DNA from: Eledone cirrhosa
Lineage: Eukaryota
Direction: 5' to 3'
NCBI GenBank assembly: GCA_964016885.1
Contig: OZ024753.1
Coordinates: forward strand, 3,596,001-3,660,000
DNA: 64,000 nt
Part shown: positions 13,457-30,192 of the stretch, piece by piece
How the letters are laid out: each line of letters begins with the position of its first letter
Numbering within the stretch: the stretch's first letter is position 1
Position numbers and translations under genes: made by a program
The notes under the pieces: model-generated
Seen by the model: only the letters and a program-made list of their open reading frames with translations
Database searches by the model: none
Told to the model about the DNA's origin: nothing

Positions 13457-13461
13457 ACAAA

Positions 13462-13637
13462 AATAGTGTGGTAGGAAACCAAGTGGACCATAACGCACCA
13501 GAGTACTCGATACTTAAGGTAGTAGAGTAGGTAATAGGAAATGAGTCAAGACCCCGACGGCTGAGAACCGGTTTTCGACAATTTGGATCTAGCTGTCGAA
13601 ACAGCCGGAGCTCAGCTGTCGGGGTCCTGACTCTTTT

Positions 13638-13641
<4 letters not shown>
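13462..13641. mobile_element. Fold-back element family C
   Basis: Same inverted arrangement as 3084-3258; gctgtcGAAAcagccggagctcagctGTCggggtcc; TA flanks. Confidence 0.7.
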
Positions 13642-13672
<31 letters not shown>

Positions 13673-14516
13673 TGAAATTTCAGTTGGAAACAGAAAAGGT
13701 CATAGAAATGAAAAGTGCTCTATGTAAGTATCAGAGCAAAATTTAATGTATAAAATCAATACAATATAATTACCTCATTACCAGAGGTTTCCCGAATGAG
13801 GCGAATACGAAATAAACGACTTCATTCGTTCGTCAGACGAGGCAATATAAAACATGGGCAAATACTTAGAAAAACACATCAAGAAAATCAAAAAAATATA
13901 TAGATAAATGAAATAGAAATTGAAATATATAAAAATCTATCAAGAAAAATAGTTAGGTGTGTGTATGTGTATGTATATACGCTCATAGATGTGCATATAT
14001 GTATATGTGCACGTGTAAATGTATGGTTAGAAAGTGTGCGTAATTATAAAAATTTAGGGCATTCATACATTATATACATTAATATATGCACAGGTACATA
14101 GACACATACACGCATACATACACACACAAATACATACACACATACACGTCTAACTAGTTGTTGTGTCTTGATTCTTCATTGGTGACCATCTTGTTTTCTA
14201 CGAGAGAGAAATGAATTAAAAAGAAAAGAACATACATATATTCACCAATCGTACAACACCTAACGCTATGTTTTTTATCTGTATAATAGTGTCACACTAT
14301 TTTCTCATTCTTTAGCGAACAATCTTACTGAAATTGTTGATGCCTTTATACTCATATTTTTTTCTATATTCATGGGTTTAAGTGTTGTCATATTTATCTT
14401 CTTGTTTTATTTCCTGTCTTGTATTTCTTTGAAAATATTTCTTTCGTTGTCTGCGCAATGATTATTCGGTTTTTCTTCCAACCAATTTATAACGTCAGTG
14501 TATATACATTCATATA

Positions 14517-14550
<34 letters not shown>

Positions 14551-14692
14551 CTTTCATACATACATGCATACACATAGATACATAAATAGATAAATATATG
14601 GATACATACACGTAATTACATATATACATATATCTATACATGCATACACACTTACATTCATACATTCATGTATACATACATACGCACACACA

Positions 14693-14777
<85 letters not shown>

Positions 14778-14779
<2 letters not shown>

Positions 14780-14906
14780 TTATTAAAATAACAGATTAAA
14801 GTTTAAGCAAAGAATCGCTGTATTTGCTCTACGGTTCTTATATATTTGATATATATTTATCCTTATCGAGCCTTCTTTGGTTTTTAGTCTTCAAATTTAT
14901 TATTAT

Positions 14907-14912
<6 letters not shown>
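14778..14912. mobile_element. Shortened copy of the fold-back family at 48783-49030
   Basis: atttattaaaataacagattaaagtttaagcaaagaatcgctg joined to tatttgctctacggttcttat...; (CA)n and (TA)n flanks. Confidence 0.65.
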
Positions 14913-14942
<30 letters not shown>

Positions 14943-15069
14943 TAATACAGAGATATCATAGATAGATGGATAATAAATAGATAGATAAATAGCTAGATAG
15001 ATAGGTGCATAGATAAATAGATAGGTAAATGTGTTTAATGTCTGTGTGTCTGTATGATTATTGTGGTCA

Positions 15070-15470
15070 TACGAGGGTAATCCCAAAAGCAAGTTCTCCA
15101 AACCGGTGGGGACGCAGAGAAACTGTTCGTACGGCTGTTGGCAACACTGTTGTGATTGGTGCTTCCTTCACTCCCAAACAAGCATGCGCGCGCTTCGCTG
15201 GGATGCTCAATCTTGGCTTGGCAGCCGTTGAGAATGGAGCTCCCATTGAACGCTACCGCAGCCAAGTGAGAATGTCGCGCAGTTATTATATACGAGGGCA
15301 ATCCCAAAAGTAAGGTCTCCTTCCGAGGAAAACATGCGTGAAGATCGGCGGATCACTCTGGATGTTCTCTGCATTTTGGTTCCTGAGGTTTCCCGAAGCA
15401 CCATCCACAGGATTTTAATGGAACAGTTGCAATATGGGAAGGAGGCATTACTTTTGGCATTGCTCTCGTA
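15070..15470 (+). mobile_element. Mariner-derived three-TIR MITE, second copy
   Basis: Collinear with 8630-9011, including the internal TIR at 15291. Confidence 0.85.
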
Positions 15471-18400
15471 TATATACTAATGGATTGGACACATCACTGC
15501 CAGTTAAACCATTAGTAATGTTGATATACAAAATGTAAAATGTAAAACGATTGAATAAGTGCCAGATGGAAATAAGTACTAGTGGTGCTAGAACGTAGCC
15601 CACAATCATGACCATATGAGAATATATGAAGTTATTAAAAAACTCATCTTGAGGCTTATCTCTCATTCTCAAACAATGCAATACGCGCGCCTCGGTCTTC
15701 ATTTCAATCTTTCAAACTTGTTGATTATCAGCATGTCTTTTCATTCTGTGTAAAGTTTTCCGTTTTCTTTCTATTCCTACTCTCGGCTATCTTTTCATTT
15801 CCACTTCTCTCTCCCAAACAACCTCTATTCTCTCTGTCATTCTATCTTCCAATGAAAAAATAATCTCCGAAACATGAAACCTCTTTTCCTATTTTATCAT
15901 GAGTTAAGATACTATATATCATCGTTATATTGTTCTCATATGTTAGCTTTTTCATTTTGTTGAATATTTTTGTATATAAAATAATTCATAAGTCTATTAT
16001 TGTTTTGCTTTCCTTAAAATCACAGATCGTGATTTGAATGAATTTGTTCAACGAAACAGGAAGTGATATCGTTCATTGAAGTACTAAAACTATGAAGATT
16101 TTAATCTGGTACTTTTTAGAAGTTTATTATCCACAATATCTACCTTAATATTGTTGTATTTGGGCAATGATAATGCCAATGTTTATCGTAGTAGAATTTA
16201 ATCTCAGAGGGAATAAATGTTGAAATGGATATTACTCTGTATTATATATTACATTCAATCTCATCATTGCATGATATAAAGACATTGGAGTGCTATTCAT
16301 TACGAGCATAAATGTATTATTTCTAATAATACAACTGTCTGCAATACGCACATCAAGCTTAATATATATTTTCTCATTTTGGGTCAAAATCAAACATATG
16401 TTGATAAGATGCACAAAAACCAGCCGAATTATCCACACACAAATTTGGAACTTATTTTAGCGAATTCTTATGAAGGAGATGCGAATGTGAAAAGGAAGAT
16501 TTATAACGTATTTAGGAAGTTTATTTACATTTCACAATTATTACCTGAGACACACACTATCTATATTGTATACCTTTCAAATCATAAATTGTCATTTTTA
16601 TAATTTCCTTTAAAGCATTAAGGGAAATGAAATGGTTTTGATGATGATTTGAGACCATATTGTAAGCTCGGAATTCAGTAAGCTTATCTTGTCTTAATTA
16701 CAAATCTCGCAACACGGAATAATGTTATCACGAAAATATCTCAGACTCCCAAACTAGATTATCCATCACAATAACTTAAGTATTTGATATTTCGAAAGAT
16801 ATTGTTTCCTTGGATTCAACATCAATAATTGCTGCTCTGACAGAAACAAAATGTTGGCGATGACATTAACTTGATTACTTGTTGTTCTCTGAACATGAGA
16901 ATAGGCATTTACGTGTAGGCGATAACGCTGGTTTTATCCAATAATATGGCGGTACTCATTATCATCAATAATATTTTCTCTTCAACAAGATGACAACCAT
17001 ACTAATACGAATAACATACAACTTCATGTTGCCTAATCGTCACGTATCTCATAGGAATAACAAGGAAATCAGCGTCAAAAGAGATCATACGAATAGGACT
17101 AAAAGGAAAGAATGTAAGTGTTTGCTCGATTTACTAAGCGTAGTAGCCAAATATCACACTTCTCACTGTTTTGTAAATGGGAGAAGAAGTATACAGATAA
17201 TGTAATTTTATATACATTTAGGATTCGAGAGTAATGGTTAGAACGTTTTATTTATAGGGCTGCTCAATTAGGTTTGGCTTGAGCTAAGTAACAATAAAAA
17301 AAGAACGTCTTTTGGGACCAACAAGGATAGCTTATAAATTAATGGCGAGAAAATAACTCAACCGTCACGAACAATAAGAGTAAGAACAAAAGTAAAAACA
17401 GCAGCAAAAACAACAACAGCAACAAGATCATAGAAGTACTTTTACTGATATGATGTTCCTGAGAGGTCCCGCTAATTTATAGCCACAAGATTCATATTTC
17501 AAATTCAGCCACATCTATATAGTCCTCGCCTATTTCTGTTTTCTTTTCTATTCCGATGAAGAACTTTCATCTGAGAAACCATAACGCTCTTATTGTGTTC
17601 TTTATACGTTAAACCCATATACTATTATTTCAATGTAACTCTCTCTCTCTCTCTTGACAGAAATCGACGAGACTTTAATCAATTCTCAGGCCTAGCTAGA
17701 GTGACAGAAAGCAACAAATCTTTAAGAAATTCTCAGGCCTGTCCAGAGTGACAGGCCTGTCCAGAAAGCCACAAAGGTGACCAGTTGAACTAAAGATACG
17801 TTCTGGAGTGAAATGTAAGAAAGACAAACTAATTGGACAAAATATTGGGTTTCTACTGCTTTTTGACGCGGAAATTTCCAAAGGCAAAGTTCCCTTCGGA
17901 AAATTGTGAGCACGGAGCATAGAGAGTTGAAAGGAATACCACCAGGTATTTCATCCGAGGCTTAATTAATTCTGCAAATTCGATGCTTTCATTGAAGCAT
18001 AATAGACATATAAATGACTCGGAAATGTCCATAGGCAAGTTTCCTTCATAGAGTAGAGAGCTGGGAAGATTACCACGAGGAATTCTATAAGAAGAACTAT
18101 TGATTCTGATAATTCATTGAAACATAATAGACTTATAAATGGGTGTACATATCTATTATATATGTATATATGTACGTATATTGCGTACGTAGGGATGTAC
18201 GTATGAATATGCGTATGAATATACGTATGAATGTACGTATATTGCGTATGTAGGGATGTACGTATGTTATATAAGCATATATGATTGCAACCATATATTC
18301 ATGTATGTATGTATTATATATAAGTATTATGGATTTGGTATGTAGGTATCTATGTACGCATGCATATGTGTTTGCATGGATGGTTTAATATATACATATA

Positions 18401-19018
18401 TATGTACGTATTTATGTGATTATATATATTTAAATATGTATTTTAAATGTATGTTATGTACTGTGTGACTTCTGTCGGATTTAAATATATTAAAATAAAT
18501 TGTGTAATGTGTGCGTGAGACCGTATGTATATGTGCATTGGTGTTTGTCTGAGCATTTGTGTGACGGTATCAATGTAATCCGAAAATCTATGTATTGTAG
18601 ATAGATGAATCTTTGGTATTTCCTATATTTGATTGTCCTCGTGTATATATATATATATATATATATATTATTGCAATTGTCGTCTATGGTTGTAACACTG
18701 TGTTATTATAATGTTGTTTTCCTGATACTTCTGTCTGTTAAATAATCTTATGAATTTCACTGATGATAATGTGAATGTACTTCCCACACTCAGACAGAGA
18801 CACACACAGAAATACACATACGTATACAGACACCCACGCACAGTATGCATATGCTTTTCAATATATGTTTGTAGTACATTTCTATGTAATTAATGTCTCT
18901 TCCTTTTAGCGAATTAATCATTCTAATCTTGATATTTACATTATCATTGATATTGAGGACACTCATCAAATTCTTTTTATTTGAAAGAATATTTCTCATT
19001 AGATCTGCGTGTCTTTTA

Positions 19019-19145
19019 GAAGAAGCAGAAGAAGAAGAAGAAGAAGAAGAAGAAGAAGAAGAAGAAGAAGAAGAAGAAGAAGAAGAAGAAGAAGAAGAAG
19101 AAGAAGAAGAAGAAGAAGAAGAAGAATAATAATAATAAGAAGAAG
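19019..19145. repeat. (GAA)n microsatellite
   Basis: Long gaa run giving poly-E/poly-S pseudo-ORFs. Confidence 0.95.
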
Positions 19146-19541
19146 ACTCTAGCATAAGTTATAGCTACTCTTGATGGAGAGAGGATGATACGTGTTGGCT
19201 TAGTCTCAATTTCTGGCTATTGATTAAAGGCCTTTCCAAATAAGGAGTAATAAACTATACAAAAGTCATCAGCACTAAAAAAGATAAAAACTATAGAAGT
19301 ATTACAAACCTTAATCTATAAACTGTCGTGAAACATAATGAAGTAAATTTTGAAATCAAATATACTAATAATAAAACGAATAAAAAAAAAGAGATAAAAA
19401 TCATATTTATTGTTGCAATTGCACTAAATTAAATGATTGCACTAAATTATTGTTGAAATTATATAGTTGTTAAAAAAGGTATGAAGACAATTAGAGAATA
19501 TTGAGTACCATTCTAGTTGAGGTGAGAGCTACGGACACTTT

Positions 19542-19573
<32 letters not shown>

Positions 19574-19661
19574 CACACACACACATGTATGTGTATGTGT
19601 AAGCGTTTAAATGCAATGCATATACATGCACCCGATAAAAACACACATATTTATATATAAT

Positions 19662-19878
19662 GATGGTTTCTGATTTCGGCACAAGACCAGCAAGTTTGGG
19701 GGAGGAGAAAGTCGATTAAATCGACCCCAGTTCGTTACTGGTACGTTATTTTATCCACCCAGTGAGAATGAAAGGCAAACCTAACCTCAACGGGATTAAA
19801 ACACAAAACATAAAGAGCCATAACTAAATATTGAAAATCATTTTGTCCGACGCTCTACTGATTCTGCCGGTCCACCGT
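19662..19878 (-). mobile_element. Older, longer subfamily of SINE family 1
   Basis: Same central domain plus extra gtcgatttaatcgactttctcctccccc segment; related copy at 26843-27008. Confidence 0.75.
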
Positions 19879-20623
19879 GCAGGAGCGAATTATTAATCTT
19901 AAAATTAACACTCTTCTTGGTATGGATACAGACTACAATGAAATACTAAACGAAAAATTATACATCGGCAGCCGCACCGATATTGGCATTCAGCACAAAC
20001 TAATGAACGAATAGTATCGAAACGTTACTCACAATACACTATATATATATGTATGCACATATATATATATATATGCATACACTCTACATATGTATATGTA
20101 TAAATATATATATATGTATATATACACACACTCTAGATATGTATATGTGTATATATATATATATATATACAATATATAAACTATATTTATATATATATAT
20201 ATATATGTATGTGTACAATGTAAATATATACATCCATTCATATATGGACAACACACATATATATATCTACGCGCAGATACAGATGTATAATAACGTATGG
20301 CTATTAGAATTTATGGCAGAAGGTGGTCAAAAAATAATATTGAATATATGAGAAAGACAATAGACTGAGATATGATTTGAAGTGCATATTATTGTATTTA
20401 TATTGTTATACAATAGTATGAGGAATCAGTAAAGTCCACACATAATGTTCGGAAATATGCCAGTTTTATTGTAGTTTAATATAATCCACACATCACAAGT
20501 TTTATCACATATTGAATTTTCTCCTATCATTTAGATATTAAAATAACTATTTTACATACACACGTTTCTGCATGTGAGTATTTGTGTCTGTTTGTCTGTG
20601 GTATGGTTACGCATGTAAATATA

Positions 20624-20678
<55 letters not shown>

Positions 20679-20749
20679 CGTTTCTGAATTTGTTTAGCAA
20701 GATTCTTATTGGCAACATGACCCTCCCAAAGTATGACAATATATATATA

Positions 20750-21870
<1,121 letters not shown>

Positions 21871-22540
21871 GTGTGCATTATGTTCACAGGTAATTGTATT
21901 CAGAAGCACGCATTTAATAAACACCGCATTTAAATAAATAAATATAGATTAAATATTAGTATGTAACGACATTAATATCCATTAGAATACATGTTAGCAA
22001 ATTGTTTTTCGAAATATCATTATTCTATTTCGCTCATATTGCTCTTTACAGGGTAAAGCTAGCACTTGCACACGCACCACCATTTGGAAATGCATAAATT
22101 TAGACACTTTTCAATTTAACTGCAATATCATGTTTACCACTGTACATTATCAAATGATCACTCACCAAATCATAAGCCATACATAATAACCAGGTTTAAA
22201 AAATTCCAATACAGCGCCTCTACCTTAATCTTAGGAGATACGGGTCCATCCATCCATCCATACACACATTCTTGCATATATATATATAATCAACTAAACA
22301 GTCCTTTCCTTTTTGGAAAAAACATTGCCACGTTATCAAGCTCCATAGAGAAGACTTACAATTTGAATATATTATAGCAGATGAGTGTATTGACTGAGTC
22401 ATACTCCTTAAATTCAGAACGTAATAAATATTGAGCGCTTTGAAGAAATGAAAGTATTTACGTAGACGTTTGTTGCTAGTGACGGTGTCTTTATGGACAA
22501 ACCTAGGAAGTTTTGACAAACTTACGAAGTTTTTACAAAT

Positions 22541-22584
22541 CTCCTGAAGTTGGATGATAAATCCGAAATATACGGACCAATAAA
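22541..22584 (+). ncRNA. Degenerate minimal HHR-like motif
   Basis: CTGAAGT-tggat-gataa-atcc-GAAA-ta-TA-cgga then AATAAA; A9 mutated and helix I poor. Confidence 0.4.
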
Positions 22585-22733
22585 TCTATTGCCAGGTAAC
22601 ATCATATGTGATTTTCATTTTATTTGAAATTTCTTTTTATATTTCTTTTCCTTTTTATCCTCTTTTTTTTTTTACTTCTACCTGACTTTTCTGCCCATAC
22701 GTTTATCCATCTGCATTGTACAAGCTGAACATT

Positions 22734-22800
<67 letters not shown>

Positions 22801-23041
22801 ACGCACGCATATATATGTATATGTGTATCTATGTATGTACGGATGTAAGTAATATGTTGAGCTAGGTGACTTGGCATGAGCTTGTTAAGAAAATAACAGT
22901 GGATATATGATTGAAAGAGCTGATAGTACAATGATCTTATTTTCAATACATTACTATTACTAGGTTGCATAAAAAAATACTGCTGAATGAATATGTATGA
23001 ATATATAGAATTATCCACACACACACATGAACGTGTGTTTT

Positions 23042-23095
<54 letters not shown>

Positions 23096-23221
23096 CATAC
23101 ATATACACACACATATATACACAAACGAAAAGACGAAACATTTATTCACGCATATTAAAACACTACTGCGTAAGCACATGTTCACAGCTGTCTATGTAAA
23201 TAAAATAAAATATACATACAT

Positions 23222-23255
<34 letters not shown>

Positions 23256-23312
23256 GTTTGTGTGTGTGTGTGCGTGTATGCGTAAGTATATACATTTATC
23301 TGTCTGTGTGAA

Positions 23313-23368
<56 letters not shown>

Positions 23369-23681
23369 TTCACACAGACAGATAAATATATATAGTTACA
23401 CACACATTATCATATATACGGTGGTCATACTTCAAACGTATAAAATTTCCATTAACACATAAGTAATATGTGGATAGCAAGATATTTTCACTATACAATT
23501 ATTGATATTTTCGCTATAGGAACATGAAGAAAACGATAAGAATAAGTAGCGGACAGAGAATAAATTACTATATATATATATATATATATATGCATAATTA
23601 TATGTATATTATTATGTGCATATACATGTATTTATATATATATATATATATGCATAATTATATGTATATTATTATGTGCAT

Positions 23682-23726
<45 letters not shown>

Positions 23727-23751
23727 ATATATGTATGTACATATATACATA

Positions 23752-23795
<44 letters not shown>

Positions 23796-24092
23796 CATAT
23801 ATATTTTTATGTATATATGTACATATATATATATGAGTGCGTGCGTGTGCGTGTGTATGCGCGTGTGTGTATGTGTATGTGTGTATGTGTGTGTCGACCA
23901 GCCTGTGTAACTGAATTCATATATAAACGTTGCAACAGCGACATAGAGATTGTCACGACATAATTATATTAATATATTATATACACTACATACAGTACAT
24001 ACATACATACACACACACACACATATATATATATATGATTATTATTATTTTATATGGAAGTGAGATATGTAAAACTCTGGGACGCACACACA

Positions 24093-24128
<36 letters not shown>

Positions 24129-24507
24129 TGTGTGTGTGTGTATTCAAACAGATATACACATATACGTTAATACATACATCTATTCATACATATACATACA
24201 TGAATATGAGTTGAAGAATTGAAAGTATGCATCGCATAGAGTAACCTTTGGTTAGATCTCTCCCATAAATACAGACAAACATGAAACGAGTGGTCATTGT
24301 GGCAATGGATTTTCTAATAGCAACACACTGTCGACTAAAGACCCCCTTTGATCACGATTGACAATGGGATTTGCACCTAGAATCTTTCCATCCGAGACAC
24401 AAATCTGAGCACAGTTGTTTGTGGTGAACCAACTGTGATCCAGGCATACCTGTCTACTCTTTTCATGCCACCATTGTTGTGCAATGAAAAAACAATGTCC
24501 GATACAG

Positions 24508-24543
<36 letters not shown>

Positions 24544-24621
24544 TGTGTGTATGTCTGTTTGTGTGTCTGCCTGTGTGTCTGTGTCTGTCTGTGTGATTGT
24601 ATATAACTATGTATATATACA

Positions 24622-25230
24622 TGTCAGGTCACCAGTTGGTGCTACTGATAACATGTATCCCAGTACAACCTGTCTCATGGTCGGGTCATTGGCGACTAAA
24701 CTGGCAACCCCACCAAGGTTTCTTGGTCAGGAGGGTGACTTTGGACATCCTGCAGGACTAAAAACAAAACCTGACAAAGGGCAAAGGAGCTCTTAAGAGT
24801 CAATGGCCATCCAAAATCACCGGGAGAGATGACCCCTTAGCCTTTGTCAAGGCAGAATTCTAGGAGAAGGAAAACTCTGATATAACACCTGCAACCCTGA
24901 TGGTATCCAATGATGTTGACTTGTTCTTCTTTTTGGTAAATATCATCTTGGTTAAGAGAGTGGGACTGGCTTTGTGCAGTGCCTTTGCTCACTATAAAAG
25001 CTTGACGGCACAGGCATTGCTTTGTATCTGGAGATCTCTCTACACTTGTCGTCACATGGTATCATGGGCCCAGCACTATGTGTCAATAATTGTCACAAGT
25101 GTAGTGTTTGTACCAGAGTTTCAAGTCGCTGTCTGGACTAAACAGTCACACTTGTTCAGCGCATCGGTAGGGGTTCTCCTACATGGATATAAAGTAGTGG
25201 CCGTACTCGAAAACGAGTTGGCAGCCACCA
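24622..25230 (+). mobile_element. RTE-like non-autonomous retroelement (~600 bp)
   Basis: Reverse-complement homologue at 53343-53950; CTAGGAGAAGGAAAACTCTG resembles RTE-clade 5' UTRs (from recall); no intact ORF. Confidence 0.55.
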
Positions 25231-25830
25231 TATATACATACATACATATCATGGAATTGTTTTTCTTCTCTAATATGGCCACTTTGCAAACATGATATTG
25301 TAACTAAAATCCGACGCCCAATGGATTTATCGGATAATAACCATTGATCTCAGTTATATAACACTGTTCCGTTTTAATCTCTTATGTCTTATACTGGATT
25401 CAATCGTAGTACATTGGCCAGGCTGTGGCACAGCTGTCAGTGCTTTTTGTCTGTCAGATTGAACTCAACTCATTTTTCAATGATTATATTCCTTATCGTG
25501 ACTATTTTTCGTGCTTGACGTTAGGAGACACAACTCAACACACCAATTCACATACGTAAATACACACACACACACACACACGTATGCAATACACAAATAT
25601 AAATATAATTATTTTTAATGGTGTGAAATCTCAGGAGTTACTGATGTACCTACAATTGCGTGTGAAAACACTTTTCAAATGGAATTCAAAATATTCTGAA
25701 ATGTGTATTTATAGGTTTGGAAATGAAAATCGATAATACATATACGAGCATTCACGGTACTATCACGTGATAGTATTGCGTAAGTTTGAACATTTACAGA
25801 TATAATTTGGTATATCTGTGTAGTGAAAAG

Positions 25831-25863
<33 letters not shown>

Positions 25864-25915
25864 GTACACACACACACATAATACATATGTCAGTATGTGT
25901 ATGTATGTATATAAT

Positions 25916-25962
<47 letters not shown>

Positions 25963-26662
25963 GTATGTTTATAGAATAGTGTATCCTATCATATGTTTTT
26001 ATATGCATATTCCAAAAGACAAACTCATACTCACACATGCATATTCACATGAGGGTGCGTGAGACATATATTTCATAATTCACACAAACATACATCCAAT
26101 TTGAAAACAATAAAATAAATAAATAAATAAATAAATAAATAAATGAAAAAATAAATAATATACGCTAGAACACACGGACAAATCTGAAAAGTACCATAAC
26201 TGATAAAATATAAGGCAGGTAAAAGATGGGGAGACTCCAAAAAGCAATATATCACAGTGCTGCCAGTACGTTTTTAAAATGTCAGAGAGCGCTGTTTCAA
26301 GAACTGTTAATCTTTCATCAATTACACTCACCCAAGCCGTCCTCTATATATATAAACATATGCTGAATCTGCTTAATTGTATAGACACGTTGTTTGAAAT
26401 TTTTATACAGTTTAACTGGAAATGCCTTTGCCATTATGTCCACGTGGAGCAGCCGAATCACCGCTCAGTCCTAGGTGTAGACTGTCACCCTCTTTCCTTC
26501 CCCCTTTCTTTGGCTAGTAGTCTTTGCCCTGCCCCTCCTTTTCCTCTCATTTATGGCATTTATAGTCCTTTCCAATACTGCTGTCTTATTCTGTATACTT
26601 ATTTGTAATGTTATTTATTTGACTGGAGTATGAACTTATCCGTATTAAGTTAATAAGTGATA

Positions 26663-26815
26663 TAGAGGGTCGGACGCCATGCTTTGACGCATAGAGTTAC
26701 GGCCCTTGCCATTCTGAGTTCAAATCCCGCCGAGGTTAACTTTGCCTTTCATCCTTACGGGGTCGATAACATAAAGTACCAGTAATGCCTTGTGCCGAAA
26801 GTAGAAACAATTATT
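26663..26815 (+). mobile_element. SINE family 1
   Basis: Near-identical to 6063-6235. Confidence 0.9.
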
Positions 26816-26842
26816 TGTTTTTCTTTACTTTGTTTCTATTAA

Positions 26843-27008
26843 TAATGGTTTCTGATTTAGGCACAACGCAATTGTGGGGGAGGAGAAAGTCGATTAAATC
26901 GATCCTCCCTGTATAGATGAAAGACAAAGCTAACCTCGGCGGGATTTGAATTCAGAGCATAAAGGGACGTAACTATATGCCACAAATCATGGCGTACGAA
27001 GCTCTATC
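26843..27008 (-). mobile_element. Older SINE family 1 subfamily
   Basis: Matches 19662-19878; tail-to-tail with the preceding copy. Confidence 0.75.
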
Positions 27009-27102
27009 AGACGTAATTTTAAATGCAGTGATAATGATGGCCACATAATTTGCTTCGGTATCATCGAAGATATTTCTCTCTCTCCCCTCTTTGCTCCCTC
27101 TT

Positions 27103-27133
<31 letters not shown>

Positions 27134-29469
27134 TGTACACTCTCTCTATATATAGCTCCATATTGTTTTATTTTGTAATCGTTTGGCATAACCCTAAGAG
27201 GATTTTCAAAGTCTTTTGCTTAATTTATCAATTATCTGAGCTTAGGTAGTCTATTTCAGGCTCTTTAGGGTATTCAATCGTATCAATTAGCATCATGCAG
27301 TTAAAGAAAAAAAGTAATTGTGTGAAGCAAAAACTAATGTTATGTGTAATATACTTCGTTTCTCGCATTTTATATATTTAATCAGCAATAACGGTATTTT
27401 TAGTAACATTTTCATCGTTGCGTTTATAATAACATACCTTGTCTATGCATTTCGATTAATTTTGAAAATATTCAAGAATTTTGAAGAATTCAGAAAAGTA
27501 ACTGACATTTTCATTACGTGTGATCTTACGGTCTCAATTAACATTATGTTGTTACATAAAACAATGATGCAAGGTTTTAATTTAGATATAAAACATCTGA
27601 ATTTAAAATGGTTCTATCAAAGAAACAGAGTCGGCCACGGATAGCTAACTAACAAATTGATTATATAAATAAATTACACAAATAAAATAAGGCAAAAATT
27701 ACATAATCATCTGTAATTTGACTTGTTAATTCATTGGAATATTAAGAATATATTGAATAAATTTCAATCTGAAGTTTAGTATAATGTATTTTCAATTAAT
27801 CATAAGATAGCATTCCGAATCCCTTTGTACATAGAAAATGAAACAAATGTTAAGTATATGTTTCTTATCGCCAGCTTTAGATGATGATTTGTAAAGAAAA
27901 AACAAAACAAATGAAAGGAAAATCATTATGTATTTAACCGAAGTTCGCCTAAATTGCAAATGCATTTAACCGATCAAATTAAGGTAGATTTGATGTCAAA
28001 TGGATCCGTGTTTTGAAACGTGATGCAATTATTCGCTATACAATTTAATCGGATCGGATGTACACACGCACACAAACACACGAACACATTGAGACACACA
28101 TAAACTGGAACATACAGACACACAGATACACACACACACACAAATTCTATCTCTCTCACTCACACAATCACATACTCTCCCACATGCATACAAAAACTCA
28201 CGTTTACCGACACACATATGTCTGTACACGTAACTTGGGTATTCTAATCTTGGAAAGGCAAAGCTTAGATGAAGAAAAAATATATTATTGACTCGAGGTA
28301 ATTGCTACAGGGACTAGTTTTCACCCAAGCACATTATTTTTATTTAATACTTTCACTGAATTCTGTTTATCAATTATTAGGTTTACTATCAATAAAACGT
28401 TCTGTAGAAGAATTTAATCTCGGGAGATTTTCTTGGAATTTTCCAGGAGATGTCTGCTTCAGCATATATCGTAGCGGTACTATTTCATTTTGTCTGACTC
28501 TTGTCGCCATTGAAATGACAATGTAATGTAAGCTCATAAAAGCGAATCATAATATGCGAGTAATAAGAATGCTAAGATGAGCAGACAATTAACAAGTAAC
28601 AGCTATGATATACCACAAAGAGCGGTAACATGATTGAAATAACATGCCGGCAAAAATTCCTTAATATCTTACTGGTATATGTGCAAATATATGTAGGATG
28701 AAGAAACATTATGATACACAAAATCCTTGGTTTTTAAAGGAATCACATTCTCCCCATTAGTTTGAATTCATAGCCGAAGTTACATAATGATCGGAAATAT
28801 ATAAGCGCATGGGTATCATTTTTCGTAACGCAGTTTCAATTCAAAGACATATTTCTCTCTATCTATCTTTATAGTTCACTTCCTCTCACACTTCCTCTGT
28901 ATATATATACATATATATACATATATATATATATATGTTTCTGTGTGTGTGATTATATCTATATAGAGAGAGATGTGTGTGTGTAAGTGTGTATAAGTGT
29001 GTGCGTATATATGTGTGAGTGTATATATGCAAGGATTCTATCCTTCACATAATCACATAGAGAAACACACATACATGAATGAATATAGACGGACGGATGG
29101 AATAATTTTTCATAATATTATTCTATTTTTTAATTTCCGGATCTATTACAGCAATTGATAAGGAAATGCGAGAATTAAAGAAAGAAACGTGTAAAACATG
29201 TCTGCAAGAGTTTATGATTAATATACACAAGATACGCATACAGTCGTGTACTGAATACACCCATAGACCCACAAGCACACACACGTATATATGTCTACAT
29301 GCACATATGCATGCATACATACAGAGAGACAGAAACTACATCCCACACAACCATATATATATATATATATTTATATATATGTATATATGTATATGTATAT
29401 ATATGTATATATATATATATGTTTGTATATATGTATGTATATATGTATATGTATATATATATATGCATG

Positions 29470-29502
<33 letters not shown>

Positions 29503-29507
29503 GCATG

Positions 29508-29551
<44 letters not shown>

Positions 29552-29553
29552 TG

Positions 29554-29584
<31 letters not shown>

Positions 29585-29597
29585 GTTTGTATATATG

Positions 29598-29666
<69 letters not shown>

Positions 29667-29839
29667 ATACATATCTGTATATGTATATATTTATATATAT
29701 ATATATATATATACATATCTGTATATGTATGTATATATATACATATCTGTATATCTATGTATATATATACATATCTGTATATCTATGTATATATATACAT
29801 ATCTGTATATCTATGTATATATATACATATCTGTATATC

Positions 29840-29876
<37 letters not shown>

Positions 29877-29879
29877 CTG

Positions 29880-29924
<45 letters not shown>

Positions 29925-29937
29925 CTGTATATGTATA

Positions 29938-29971
<34 letters not shown>

Positions 29972-30192
29972 GCTGACACCTGTAAAATGACTGATAAATA
30001 CATTGATACTGTCTCATAGATTTCCACATATAAAAAAGTTATAAAAGAAAGAGAAAATTAAAAATAAAACAAAACAAGTAAATGATAAATAAATAAATGT
30101 TAAAAGTAAACGAAGAGCAGACGACACTGACATATTGTGTTGATAATTGCTGTCTTTATCTTTGTGAAAGAAAAAAAACAATGTGTGTATTC

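Noticed and set aside
17870-18141. Diverged ~150-bp tandem duplication (similar small duplications at 30540-30760, 42409-42465, 58488-58540)
   Set aside because: Ordinary local duplications with no further signal.
20000-20035. CTAATGA...GAAACGTT HHR-like motif
   Set aside because: G5 is altered and there is no helix I complement.
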